A DNA stretch of 64,000 bases from a virus. Every line of letters starts with the position of its first letter. The first letter of the stretch is position 1. A model generated the notes under the pieces. That model was not told the origin of the DNA and made no database searches. It saw nothing but the letters and a program-made list of their open reading frames with translations. The translations under genes and the position numbers were made by a program. Shown here one piece after another: positions 27,570 through 36,258 of the stretch. Where the stretch lies: IMG/VR virus record IMGVR_UViG_3300037420_000429; one strand, written 5' to 3'.

Positions 27570-30500
27570 ATGGCAACAGTAATGAATGATAGGGATGTGC
27601 TCTTGCTGGGAATATCTCAGCGAGACGTAAACTCTCAAGATGCAACAATTTTAATTACGAGTGATTCTCCGACATTCCACGTAAGTGCAACTGGGACAAC
27701 CACTCCCTCCTACATTACTGTTACTGCCCACCTCCTCAACATTATTGGTACAGCTTCGTTCACTGCGACCGGAGCAACCATCACTGACAATGGCAATAAC
27801 ACCGCAACAGTGGCTTATAACGGGATGCCGGGAAGCACTGCAACGATTACTGCAAGTGTAACTCGGAACGGGACGACATACACCGCTAGTACCACTTTGT
27901 CTAAGGTTGTAGATGGTTCTGCTGGTCAATCTGGTTCTTCTGCGAGCTGGGTTGAAATTTCTACATTCGGGGGGCAAGTATTTAGTCGCACAACAGCGAC
28001 TAGCGCATTCTCTCCATCGTCTATTATCCTGAATGCCACACCTTACGGAAACAATGCTACCGATTATCAATGGCAGTATTGGACAGGCTCTACGTGGAGC
28101 AACATCAGCGGTGCTACATCAGCCACCTACGAAGTTGCATCTGGAGATTTTAGCTCGTCTCGTAACTTCCGCGTACAGGCTACGATTAATGGCAGTGTCT
28201 ATACGGACGAGATGACGCTTGTGCAAGTGACGGGTGGCACAAATTCTGTCAGCGGTTTCTTGACTAACCAGTCTATCACACTTGCCGCAGCAAACGACGG
28301 TACAGTGGTAAGCTATGCATCTGCCACTGGTACATTCAAAGTGTACGATGGCATCACAGATAAAACGGGTGCGAGCGTAACATATTCCGTTGTTTCTCAG
28401 ACTAATTGCACAGCCACTATTAATTCTTCCGGTGTTTACAGCATCACAGCAATGACGGCAGATACGGCGAGCGCTGTTCTGCAAGCAGTTTATAACGGAG
28501 TTACGATTCCGCTAACAGTGAATCTTGCGAAGTCTAGGACAGGTTCTGCTGGTACACCGGCTAATCAATACGCCACGGCTTATCTTTACCAATGGGCTGC
28601 TTCTGTTCCCGCAAATCCGACAGGCACATCCAATTACAATTGGTCCACTGGTGCCAACACCGGATACGTGACAAATGACGGGTGGAGCACTGCTGTCCCT
28701 ACAAATCCCGGCACTGCAAACCTTAACCTTTTTGTAGCCATCATTCAAATTGTGGCTACATCCGGAACTACGTCAAGCTCTGTGAGCTATACAAATGCAA
28801 CTGTTCAAGCATGGACTAAGAACGGCGCCACTGGCCCCCAAGGTGCTAGCGGAGTTCAGAGTGCCACAGCCACAGTTTATCAATGGGCTGCAAGTATTCC
28901 TGCGAGCCCTTCCGGTACAGCAACATACACTTGGAGTGGCGGGGCAATTAGTTCTATCCCCTCTGGTTGGTCTGCAACAGCAGGAACATCGCCAACACCG
29001 GGCATGACACTTTGGGCTGCTAAAGTTTATCTTACAGATGCTGCCACTGTTACACAAACAAGTTTTACTTGGACATCCTCTTCTGTTTCGTCCGTAGGAT
29101 ATGCTGGCAGCACAGGGCAACAAGGTGCGTCGTATGTTACAGCATACTGCGCTTCGTCCACAGCAACCACTACAACAGCCCCTGCACAGACAACTGGTAA
29201 GACAAGCCTGCCTGCTACAAATGATGGGGGCATCACTGGAACGTGGAGCAGCGCAGTACCATCTCTAACATCTGGACAATATTTGTATCAGTCCGATGGT
29301 ATTTATGATCCCACAACTGACAAAGTAACGTGGTCGATTCCTTATTGGTCTTCGTTGAAAGTGGGGAGCCTCAACGCCATTACAACGAACACTGGCAACT
29401 TGACTGTAAGTGGGACCATTAGCTCTGCGAACGGGAATTTCTCGGTAGACGCTGGTGGTGGTGTTACTATGAAGTCTGCCACAATCCAAGACGGCAGTGG
29501 TAACATCATTTTGCAAGCGGGTGTGGCACTGAGTTCGCAAACTAGTCAGGTTAGCACAGCCATTAACTCCGCTGCCACGACGGCAATTTGGAATAGCGTA
29601 ACCGGCACAGGTAGGCCAGAGGACAACGCCAACTTCACATCGCCCAGCAAGGGTAGTGCCCTGAATGATGACCCAAATCTGGAAAATCCGAACTCGTGGA
29701 ACATCGTCGGACCGAACATCAGCATTGCCGCAACTGGAGGCCTTGGTGGGGGTTCCGGGACGAAGTTCTTCACCTGCTCCTCCGGCACTGACCAGAAGGT
29801 AAGGGCAGTGCGGGCAGTGGCCGTGGACGCAGCCAAGACCTACAACCTGAACGCCCTGTTGTTCGCCGCCACCTCAGCCAACAACCGCAATATCTACCTG
29901 TTCGTAGATTTTTACGACTATCAGGGAACTTGGCTCAGCACTAGCTGGGGAGGTTCACAATCCGGATACACCTTCGGGGGCCTTCCGGCTACGACTTGGA
30001 CCCGTTATGGCGATTACTTTGGGGCAAACACCTCCAAGCCGATCCCATCAGACGCACGAACGATGGTTATCGGGGTGTGGTTTCAGTACGCCTCCGGTAC
30101 GTCTGCTGTCGGGCAAGGCGCGATGGATATCCGATTGGAGGAAGCAACCTCGATCTATAGCATCAGTGCTGACAACGTGCTGTCGAAGGGTGAGAAATCC
30201 GCTCTTATCAAAGAATGGAATACCATCGACGCGGAAAGCTACGATCTGGACGCCAAGGCCGACTCTCTGACTGTATCGCGTACAGATTACGACAATAAAA
30301 AAGCTGCCCTGTCTACGTATTTGCTGGGTTTATCGCCTGCATGGAATAACACAGCCGTGGATACAGCCATCGACGGTCCAACATTCCGCAGTAAGTTTAC
30401 TGATTATTACACCGCTAAACAGGCGCTTGTCAACGCCCTTGCTGCTACAGCAGCTGCTACGGCTACGTGGAGCGGTGTCACCGGTTCCGGCAAGCCGGCA

Positions 30501-31895
30501 GATAACGCCACAGTAGGAGCAACACTTGGTACGAACGTTAACGGCCAGATTACGAGTTTCAACTCTTCTACTCTGATCGCCAACCAAGCCATCAACTCGG
30601 TGCACATTTCCGATCTGCGCACGACCAATTATGCAGAAGATGGTAGTGGTAATCCTACTGCGGGTGCGAAGCTTTCTTCGACTGGAACTGCTTTGAAGGT
30701 TGAGAAGAATTCTTTCCAGATCGGCACTCTTGTCCTCAACGATTATTGGTTCCGACTTGTGCAGGGTATTGATGGCAGTGTCACGTCGAACAGGATCATC
30801 TGGCGAGGCAATAACGACGCTACGACAAGGGGCGGTGCGCCAGATATTAATTGCTTGTCCATCACTCCAAAGATGTCGATTATTGAGTACTACACTTCAG
30901 ATAACACACAAACAAACATCGGAGGTCTCCCGGGAAGTGGTACTGGTATGCACAGTGTTTTCTACGGCTTCGCCTTAACGCCGACATCCTACTCTAGTAA
31001 TACGGACAATTTAGATGCTATGCAACAAATTCATGTTCAATTTTTTGCGAAGCCTAATGACACATCCCCATTTACTGAAATTTATCAATCCTGCCCATCA
31101 AGAACGTATAGCGGATCAACAGGGGCAGATGGTGTCTCCCGAGGATCGTTCACAACGAGTTTCCTATTCGACGGCAATGCGTTATGGTATAGTCCGACAC
31201 CCCCCTCAGCCAATCCGAACCTTTCAGGTCAATCGCCGAACATTTTGCACGGTTCTGTAGGAGCAGGTGGTACTTATGGGGTTTATTGTGGCTACTTACG
31301 GGTCAGGGTGGCTAACACATATGGGTGGTCTGCAAGCAAGGACTTTGGTCCCACTACATCTACTGCTGGCGCTAGTACATCCAGTACTACTACCACATAC
31401 AAGAACAACATCATCTGCCCTGGCGGAACAATCACCGGCGTGGCAGGCTCTTCTGGTGGGGGTTCCGGCGCATCTGGAGGTGCTTGCCCGGCGCCTTGGG
31501 TTAAAGTGAGGCTATTGAATGGTAAAGAAATCAATGCGGCCGATCTCCATAACGGCGCAAGGCTTGCTGCTGTCAATGACAATAATATGCAAGTCCTGCC
31601 ACAAGGCGGCACTGTACGGGATTTGACAACAATTTGGGCACAACGCTATCGCGTCAAACTCACTAACGGCGCGGCTACCGAATGGAGTGAAAATCACCGA
31701 TTCGCAGTAGCGGAACGTGGTTGGGTTACAGTGCAAAATCTTCGTGGGGGTGATCAAATCCTTGGCTTGGAAGAAAGCATTGTAGAGTCTGTCCTTGCTG
31801 TTGGAGAAGGCCAAGTAGTTAGCTTCCGTGTCGAAGGCGCGGGTACGTATTTCGCTGGTGGCCTGTTGTGCCATAACACGAAAGCATCTTTCTAA
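27570..31895 (+). CDS. central tail fibre / host-specificity protein (1441 aa) with a C-terminal Hint module
   Basis: Thr/Ser/Gly/Ala-rich beta protein with internal repeat modules. Has W-x-x-V-T-G-x-G-K/R-P-x-DNA motifs typical of phage fibres. Lies after the tip protein. Confidence 0.75.
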   Translation: MATVMNDRDVLLLGISQRDVNSQDATILITSDSPTFHVSATGTTTPSYITVTAHLLNIIGTASFTATGATITDNGNNTATVAYNGMPGSTATITASVTRNGTTYTASTTLSKVVDGSAGQSGSSASWVEISTFGGQVFSRTTATSAFSPSSIILNATPYGNNATDYQWQYWTGSTWSNISGATSATYEVASGDFSSSRNFRVQATINGSVYTDEMTLVQVTGGTNSVSGFLTNQSITLAAANDGTVVSYASATGTFKVYDGITDKTGASVTYSVVSQTNCTATINSSGVYSITAMTADTASAVLQAVYNGVTIPLTVNLAKSRTGSAGTPANQYATAYLYQWAASVPANPTGTSNYNWSTGANTGYVTNDGWSTAVPTNPGTANLNLFVAIIQIVATSGTTSSSVSYTNATVQAWTKNGATGPQGASGVQSATATVYQWAASIPASPSGTATYTWSGGAISSIPSGWSATAGTSPTPGMTLWAAKVYLTDAATVTQTSFTWTSSSVSSVGYAGSTGQQGASYVTAYCASSTATTTTAPAQTTGKTSLPATNDGGITGTWSSAVPSLTSGQYLYQSDGIYDPTTDKVTWSIPYWSSLKVGSLNAITTNTGNLTVSGTISSANGNFSVDAGGGVTMKSATIQDGSGNIILQAGVALSSQTSQVSTAINSAATTAIWNSVTGTGRPEDNANFTSPSKGSALNDDPNLENPNSWNIVGPNISIAATGGLGGGSGTKFFTCSSGTDQKVRAVRAVAVDAAKTYNLNALLFAATSANNRNIYLFVDFYDYQGTWLSTSWGGSQSGYTFGGLPATTWTRYGDYFGANTSKPIPSDARTMVIGVWFQYASGTSAVGQGAMDIRLEEATSIYSISADNVLSKGEKSALIKEWNTIDAESYDLDAKADSLTVSRTDYDNKKAALSTYLLGLSPAWNNTAVDTAIDGPTFRSKFTDYYTAKQALVNALAATAAATATWSGVTGSGKPADNATVGATLGTNVNGQITSFNSSTLIANQAINSVHISDLRTTNYAEDGSGNPTAGAKLSSTGTALKVEKNSFQIGTLVLNDYWFRLVQGIDGSVTSNRIIWRGNNDATTRGGAPDINCLSITPKMSIIEYYTSDNTQTNIGGLPGSGTGMHSVFYGFALTPTSYSSNTDNLDAMQQIHVQFFAKPNDTSPFTEIYQSCPSRTYSGSTGADGVSRGSFTTSFLFDGNALWYSPTPPSANPNLSGQSPNILHGSVGAGGTYGVYCGYLRVRVANTYGWSASKDFGPTTSTAGASTSSTTTTYKNNIICPGGTITGVAGSSGGGSGASGGACPAPWVKVRLLNGKEINAADLHNGARLAAVNDNNMQVLPQGGTVRDLTTIWAQRYRVKLTNGAATEWSENHRFAVAERGWVTVQNLRGGDQILGLEESIVESVLAVGEGQVVSFRVEGAGTYFAGGLLCHNTKASF
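28560..29040 (+). repeat. intragenic tandem protein-repeat modules (about 65 aa) in the fibre gene
   Basis: YLYQWAASVPANPTGTSNYNWSTGA…DGWSTAVPTNPGT versus TVYQWAASIPASPSGTATYTWSGGA…SGWSATAGTSPTP. Confidence 0.6.
31485..31877 (+). other. Hint (intein/BIL-like) autoprocessing module, 131 aa, no endonuclease domain
   Basis: Cys1 block CPAPWVKVRLLNGKEINAADLHNG, block B WSENHRF, terminal YFAGGLLCHN followed by Thr+1 and KASF-stop. Preceded by a GSSGGGSGASGGA linker. Confidence 0.7.
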
Positions 31896-31907
31896 TAAGG
31901 AATCAAA

Positions 31908-32423
31908 ATGACTAATACCGATGTACAAACTGCACTGGCAAATGAAGCTAGGCGTCAAGAGCTTCGACAGAGAATCGCCGGTTTGCAAGGCTCTATGAAT
32001 GCTACAGCTTCTCTGGTGCAACGCCTCAACAGCGTAAACAGTGATGCTCAAATCTCGCTGGCCTCTGCTCAAGATGAACTGATTGCACTGGAAGCTGGTG
32101 CAGGACCGGGAATCACAGCGGACTACGGCCCTAAATCCATTATCACGCAGTTGGTGGAATCGGAGAGGTTTGCTGCTAAAAGTGCTGCAATAGACTTCAT
32201 CAAAGCTAATCCAGAATGTACAGAAGAAGAGGCCGCACAAGCTTGGAATGATGCTGCAATTGCAAGCCACCCTGACTTCCCCCTTGTAATTCAAGATGCA
32301 ATCACTTTGTCTACGCTTTACAAAGCCAACCTGTTAAAAGCAAATCTTATCACGGACGATACTTGGGAATCTTATCGTGCATTTGTGATTAACACAGCCA
32401 AGAATGTTATCGAAACGATGTAA
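31908..32423 (+). CDS. hypothetical protein (171 aa, helical); fibre-associated by position
   Basis: AAGGAATCAAA-ATG start. Follows the fibre gene. Confidence 0.55.
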   Translation: MTNTDVQTALANEARRQELRQRIAGLQGSMNATASLVQRLNSVNSDAQISLASAQDELIALEAGAGPGITADYGPKSIITQLVESERFAAKSAAIDFIKANPECTEEEAAQAWNDAAIASHPDFPLVIQDAITLSTLYKANLLKANLITDDTWESYRAFVINTAKNVIETM

Positions 32424-32429
32424 GCTGTT

Positions 32430-32458
32430 TTGACAATAAGTGTTTGCCGTGATACAAT
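32430..32458 (+). promoter_or_regulatory. sigma70-type promoter
   Basis: TTGACA 32430..32435, 17 nt, TACAAT 32453..32458. Confidence 0.6.
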
Positions 32459-32497
32459 CTTTTAAGGATTTTATTAGCTCATTTTTGAAAGGGTATC

Positions 32498-33310
32498 ATG
32501 GCAAACCTTAGAGTTATCTATGACAATGCGGCAGATAGGGCAACCCTTTCTTCCACAGCAACAGCTACAGGACTTGATGTAACTAAGCTTACAACAGATT
32601 TAAAGTCGGATATTTGCAGGTCTACCACAACCTCCCTCACGATCACAGCCTCTTGGCCTTCTCAGGAACTCGTAGGTGGGGTTATGTTTGCATTCACTAA
32701 CTGTACAGACAACGGCACTATCTCAGTGGATGCTTACACAAATAGTGGAGACACAACACCAGTGTACTCTACATCTATAACGGCGTCAAACGGCGGAGTG
32801 GCAACTAATAGAGGTGTCAATTATTTTGCGTATGGCGGTGGGATTTATGCCCGCTGCTGGTTTGCTCAGCGCGTAACAGCGCAAAAGATTGTTATCACTA
32901 TTTCTGACGCAGGCAATGCTCAAGGGTATGTAGAAGCTGCACGACTTATCATCGGAAACTATTGGGAATCTGTAGTTGGGGCGGAGCAGGGTAACACAAC
33001 AATGACAATGAATGACATGAGCGAGCAGTCCCGCACATACAGTGGGGATATGCGTGTTACGGTGAAGCCAAGATTCCGCAAGCAATCTATTTCTATGCCA
33101 TCTTTGGATGCTAATGATAGGGCAGCTTTGTGGTCTATCTTGTACAACAATGGCATGGTTAAGCCTGTGTTCCTGAGTCTCTTCCCAAACAGCCCAGATG
33201 CCAAGAAAGAGCAGGCTCACATGTTGTACGGGAGGTTGTCTACGAACACTGCGATGCTGACGCCGTACTTCAATTTTATGGCTGCTAAGCTAGATGTGGA
33301 AGAAATCTAA
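32498..33310 (+). CDS. hypothetical virion/tail-associated protein (270 aa)
   Basis: Clean ORF after the promoter. Beta-rich with a Thr/Ser-rich N-terminus. No motif recognised. Confidence 0.55.
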   Translation: MANLRVIYDNAADRATLSSTATATGLDVTKLTTDLKSDICRSTTTSLTITASWPSQELVGGVMFAFTNCTDNGTISVDAYTNSGDTTPVYSTSITASNGGVATNRGVNYFAYGGGIYARCWFAQRVTAQKIVITISDAGNAQGYVEAARLIIGNYWESVVGAEQGNTTMTMNDMSEQSRTYSGDMRVTVKPRFRKQSISMPSLDANDRAALWSILYNNGMVKPVFLSLFPNSPDAKKEQAHMLYGRLSTNTAMLTPYFNFMAAKLDVEEI

Positions 33311-33322
33311 TAAGGGTGCCCT

Positions 33323-33829
33323 ATGAAATATTCTGAGTTTAAAGAGGTCTGTCGAAGTGGTGATTTGATTTTTGTTTCGCATCGAGAGTGGAATACGCTA
33401 TCTGATATCGAAAGTCAGGTCGTTCGTATAGCCACAGAATCGGAATTTAGTCATGTGTGTGTTGCCTACCTCCACAACGGAGAGCCGTGCACAATCGAGT
33501 CTGTTGTACCTGCTGTCACGGTTAGCAGTCTTGAGAAGTATGCCACACAAGGGTTTTACTGGGTGTCTGTGGCAGATAAGCCTATGACTCCACTAGAAGA
33601 AGAGTACGGACTTTCTCAAATCGGAAAGCCTTATTCTAAGCTAGAGGCTGTTGAAGGCTACTTCGACCTTATAGAAATAGGCGGGTCGGAAAACTGGTTT
33701 TGTGCAGAGATCACCATTGCAATGCGTCGTCTTTCGGGACTTGATCTTGGAGGGCATTGTACGCCATCGGCAGTGGCTAAGAATGCTCTTGCAAAAGGTT
33801 ACTCCTTACAATTTGTAGAAAGAGATTAA
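33323..33829 (+). CDS. permuted papain-like (YiiX/C92, NlpC/P60-related) amidase-like protein
   Basis: 168 aa with the His motif first (EFSHVCVAY) and the Cys motif later (ENWFCAEITI), the order expected for the permuted C92 family. Confidence 0.5.
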   Translation: MKYSEFKEVCRSGDLIFVSHREWNTLSDIESQVVRIATESEFSHVCVAYLHNGEPCTIESVVPAVTVSSLEKYATQGFYWVSVADKPMTPLEEEYGLSQIGKPYSKLEAVEGYFDLIEIGGSENWFCAEITIAMRRLSGLDLGGHCTPSAVAKNALAKGYSLQFVERD

Positions 33830-33830
33830 T

Positions 33831-34115
33831 ATGGATTTTAACATGTTGTTGGGGCCAGTGCAAGCGCTACTGGGTGCTCTGTGCGCCGTGCTGTGGGCAA
33901 ATCTTACAGAGACAAAAAAGAAAGCGGAGAAGGTGGAGAACGACCTTGCCACGTACAAAGTACATGTGGCCGAAACCTATGCATCTAGTACAGAACTGAA
34001 AGAAGCTCTGCGAGACATCAATAAAGCTTTTGAGGCGTATGGCACCAAGCTTGACATGCGACTTGATCGGCTAGAGGAACGTCTTAATAAGATGATCGAC
34101 CAGAAGGAGCACTAA
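33831..34115 (+). CDS. membrane-anchored coiled-coil protein (holin or i-spanin-like lysis accessory)
   Basis: 94 aa. One N-terminal TM helix (LLGPVQALLGALCAVLWANL) followed by a charged coiled coil. Adjacent to the endolysin. Confidence 0.45.
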   Translation: MDFNMLLGPVQALLGALCAVLWANLTETKKKAEKVENDLATYKVHVAETYASSTELKEALRDINKAFEAYGTKLDMRLDRLEERLNKMIDQKEH

Positions 34116-34526
34116 ATGATAAACAGCAGATCATTGGATGACCTCACACCAGCTATGAAAGTTAAGTGTGAACAGTTCATTCAAAAATGTAAAGAGCACG
34201 GCATTGATGTGATCATTACATCGACGTACAGGGATTTTGAGAGTCAGAACGCTTTGTACGCGCAAGGACGGACAACGAAGGGTCCGATTGTGACGAATGC
34301 AAAAGCTGGCTATTCATACCACAACTATCGCATTGCGTTCGACTTCTGCCCGATTGTAGGCGGCAAAGCTGTGTGGAATGACATCAAGACGTTCGTAAAG
34401 TGTGGGGAGATTGGGAAGAGTTTGGGACTGGAATACGCCGGAGACTGGGCTTCTTTCAAAGAGTACGCCCATCTGCAAGAAGCGGGGCACACTCTAGAAG
34501 AGTTGAGGAAAAATCATGTGGGATAA
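34116..34526 (+). CDS. endolysin, M15 (VanY / L-alanyl-D-glutamate peptidase-like) family
   Basis: 136 aa. SGYSYHNYRIAFDF and the later EYAH provide Zn-ligand-type H…D…H spacing. AAGGAGCACTAA-ATG start. Confidence 0.75.
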   Translation: MINSRSLDDLTPAMKVKCEQFIQKCKEHGIDVIITSTYRDFESQNALYAQGRTTKGPIVTNAKAGYSYHNYRIAFDFCPIVGGKAVWNDIKTFVKCGEIGKSLGLEYAGDWASFKEYAHLQEAGHTLEELRKNHVG

Positions 34527-34974
34527 ATTGAAAGCGTTGTATTCAGTCTTTGAAGCAGGTAAGTCCGTTGCAGACCCTGCGAAGTGGAAGCTACATCAAA
34601 TCTCGGCAAATGCCATTGCAGCATTGCTGTTCGCTATTGTGCAGTTGGGAAAGGCATTCGGCTATGACTTCGGGATTGATATGCAAACTTGTGCTGATAT
34701 TGCAATTGGCATTCTGGCCATTGCAAACGTTGGCCTCACCGTCGCAACAACCAAGCACATCGGACTGCCACCGGGAGCCGTACGAGAAACCGAACCGACT
34801 GTGCCAAGCGATGAGCAACCTGCCGAAGAAAAGCCCACCAGCGTGCAAACTGAAATCGCGCCTGATGCTGGACGAGGAATTGTTAATGCATCAATTGATG
34901 ACGATGTACGTGCTCGCGCCCTTGAATGGGCAAGACGACATTCCGCAACAAACGGCCTATCGAATGATGCTTGA
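34516..34974 (+). CDS. putative holin (two TM helices, acidic/Pro-rich tail)
   Basis: 152 aa. TM segments AIAALLFAIVQLG and IAIGILAIANVGLTVA. Overlaps the endolysin end. Last gene of the late block. Confidence 0.5.
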   Translation: MWDKLKALYSVFEAGKSVADPAKWKLHQISANAIAALLFAIVQLGKAFGYDFGIDMQTCADIAIGILAIANVGLTVATTKHIGLPPGAVRETEPTVPSDEQPAEEKPTSVQTEIAPDAGRGIVNASIDDDVRARALEWARRHSATNGLSNDA

Positions 34975-35022
34975 TAGCGTCAAAGGCATTGACATCTCTT
35001 TGAAATGTCGACTATACTAAAA

Positions 35023-35055
35023 AGCGTGAGACAACCTTAGCTCGGTCCTCACGCT
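35023..35055 (-). terminator. rho-independent terminator of the leftward block
   Basis: AGCGTGAG…CTCACGCT 8-bp stem. A T-run (TTTT) follows on the minus strand. Confidence 0.55.
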
Positions 35056-35087
35056 TTCCTTAGCAACTCTTGGTAGAGAGTTCGTTC

Positions 35088-35124
35088 GCCCCTTCACGAA
35101 AGTGTTGGGGCATTTTTATTTATT
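35088..35124 (+). terminator. rho-independent terminator of the rightward late block
   Basis: GCCCC…GGGGC stem with an inner CAC/GTG helix and GAAA loop, followed by ATTTTTATTTATT. Abuts the stop of the convergent gene. Confidence 0.6.
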
Positions 35125-35395
35125 ATGCTGCAACTTGATGTGCACTCTTGCTAAATGCCTTGATAGCGTTATAGAACACAACCACTTCGTTAATCAGTTG
35201 TGTGATTTGTGCGGCGATCTGGTCAAACGAAATTGGAGGGGAGGATGCCTCGTACAGCGACTTGATGATGCCGAGTGCTGCCTGTTGTTTAGCAGCGCCG
35301 TTGCCAGCACCTGCGAATGCTTCAACGTTCTTAACAGTGTCACTCACGACGGGCAGGAGGGTCAGGATGATGTTAGCCGTTGCAATGATGTTCAT
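35123..35395 (-). CDS. small protein with an N-terminal hydrophobic helix (90 aa)
   Basis: MNIIATANIILTLLPVV… followed by a helical Ala-rich region. Last gene of the leftward block. Confidence 0.55.
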   Translation of the reverse strand: MNIIATANIILTLLPVVSDTVKNVEAFAGAGNGAAKQQAALGIIKSLYEASSPPISFDQIAAQITQLINEVVVFYNAIKAFSKSAHQVAA

Positions 35396-35521
35396 GATGT
35401 TTAGCTTTCCTTAAGTTAGCTTGGTAGATTGACTGTTTGTATAAATGCACTTCACGGCCTTACGGCTCTTGTTGTTGGCAGATTCGGAGGGAACAACATG
35501 TTCCGAATCAGCATGTTTGTA

Positions 35522-35551
35522 AGTGTATGCCTACGTGTTAGTTTGCGTCAA
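35522..35551 (-). promoter_or_regulatory. candidate sigma70 promoter in the 258-nt intergenic region
   Basis: Minus strand: TTGACG (35551..35546), 18 nt, TACACT (35527..35522). The downstream leader contains a GATTCGGA…TCCGAATC hairpin. Confidence 0.4.
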
Positions 35552-35653
35552 GCAATATCTGTGAGAAATCTCACGCAATAACAACAGCGTATACATTATC
35601 TTTGTTACATTGTCGATGCAACAATGTATCTTGTCACTCGTCAATTGATGATA

Positions 35654-35917
35654 TTATTCATCCACAGCTTTGCTCAGAGCGTCGAGAGTTTCCGCTTCGG
35701 CAACAATTTCCTTCGTGGTGGCTTTATATCGCGCCTTGAAGAACTTGCGAACAATCTTCTTGTCCAGCTTGGTTGCGTCAGCAGCTTCTTGCACAAGCGA
35801 CTTGAAGTCTTCTTTGTTAGCTTCTTCTTCAGCTTGCACATTGATGGCTCGGCGCAGGAAGCCAGTCAGGTCGTCAGAGTTGAAGGTTGCGTTATCGATG
35901 GTAATTGTCTTGCTCAT
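35654..35917 (-). CDS. small DNA-binding-like protein, possible GapR/DUF2312-like
   Basis: 87 aa. The pattern …LTGFLRRAINVQAEEEANKEDFKSLVQEAAD…DKKIVRKFFKARYK… resembles DUF2312 helices. Confidence 0.35.
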   Translation of the reverse strand: MSKTITIDNATFNSDDLTGFLRRAINVQAEEEANKEDFKSLVQEAADATKLDKKIVRKFFKARYKATTKEIVAEAETLDALSKAVDE

Positions 35918-35919
35918 TG

Positions 35920-36168
35920 TTATGCTCCTTGGGTTTGTTGTGCTACTTGTTTCAATTGTTTGTTGGTTTGACGGATAATGGCCTTACGAGCAGCACGTCG
36001 TGCTTTCAGTGCACGCTTTTCAGGATTGGTGTACGTACCTTCGTAACGGCTGTCATGAAACACCGCACCACGCTTAAGCGCTTTAACAACTTTGTTAGCT
36101 GCTGCACGACGGATTTTGTAGTCTTCAAACGATTCGCCATCACCACGAGCCAGAGTATTGTAAGTCAT
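35920..36168 (-). CDS. small basic hypothetical protein (82 aa)
   Basis: AAGGAGAAATTGA-ATG start. Lys/Arg-rich. Confidence 0.6.
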   Translation of the reverse strand: MTYNTLARGDGESFEDYKIRRAAANKVVKALKRGAVFHDSRYEGTYTNPEKRALKARRAARKAIIRQTNKQLKQVAQQTQGA

Positions 36169-36201
36169 TCAATTTCTCCTTAAGATTCATGTTCGTCTAA
36201 A

Positions 36202-36242
36202 TTGACAAGAGCTATTCTACTGATGAGCTTGGCTCTTGTCAA
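36202..36242. repeat. perfect 11-bp inverted repeat TTGACAAGAGC / GCTCTTGTCAA with a 19-nt spacer
   Basis: Arms at 36202..36212 and 36232..36242. Each arm carries a TTGACA hexamer. Confidence 0.8.
36214..36242 (-). promoter_or_regulatory. sigma70-type promoter embedded in the inverted repeat
   Basis: Minus strand: TTGACA (36242..36237), 17 nt, TAGAAT (36219..36214). Confidence 0.5.
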
Positions 36243-36258
36243 CAAGAACTTTAAAAAT

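Noticed and set aside
31512-32294. 260-aa minus-strand ORF spanning the end of the fibre gene and the next gene.
   Set aside because: It crosses a gene boundary on the opposite strand, has no RBS and gives an implausible Cys/Ser/Phe-rich product.
34550-35020. 156-aa ORF in another frame inside the putative holin gene, considered as an embedded o-spanin (Rz1-like).
   Set aside because: It has no lipobox (L-x-G/A-C) after a signal-like segment and no RBS, and it extends past the host gene into the terminator region. No spanin pair could be supported anywhere in the lysis region.
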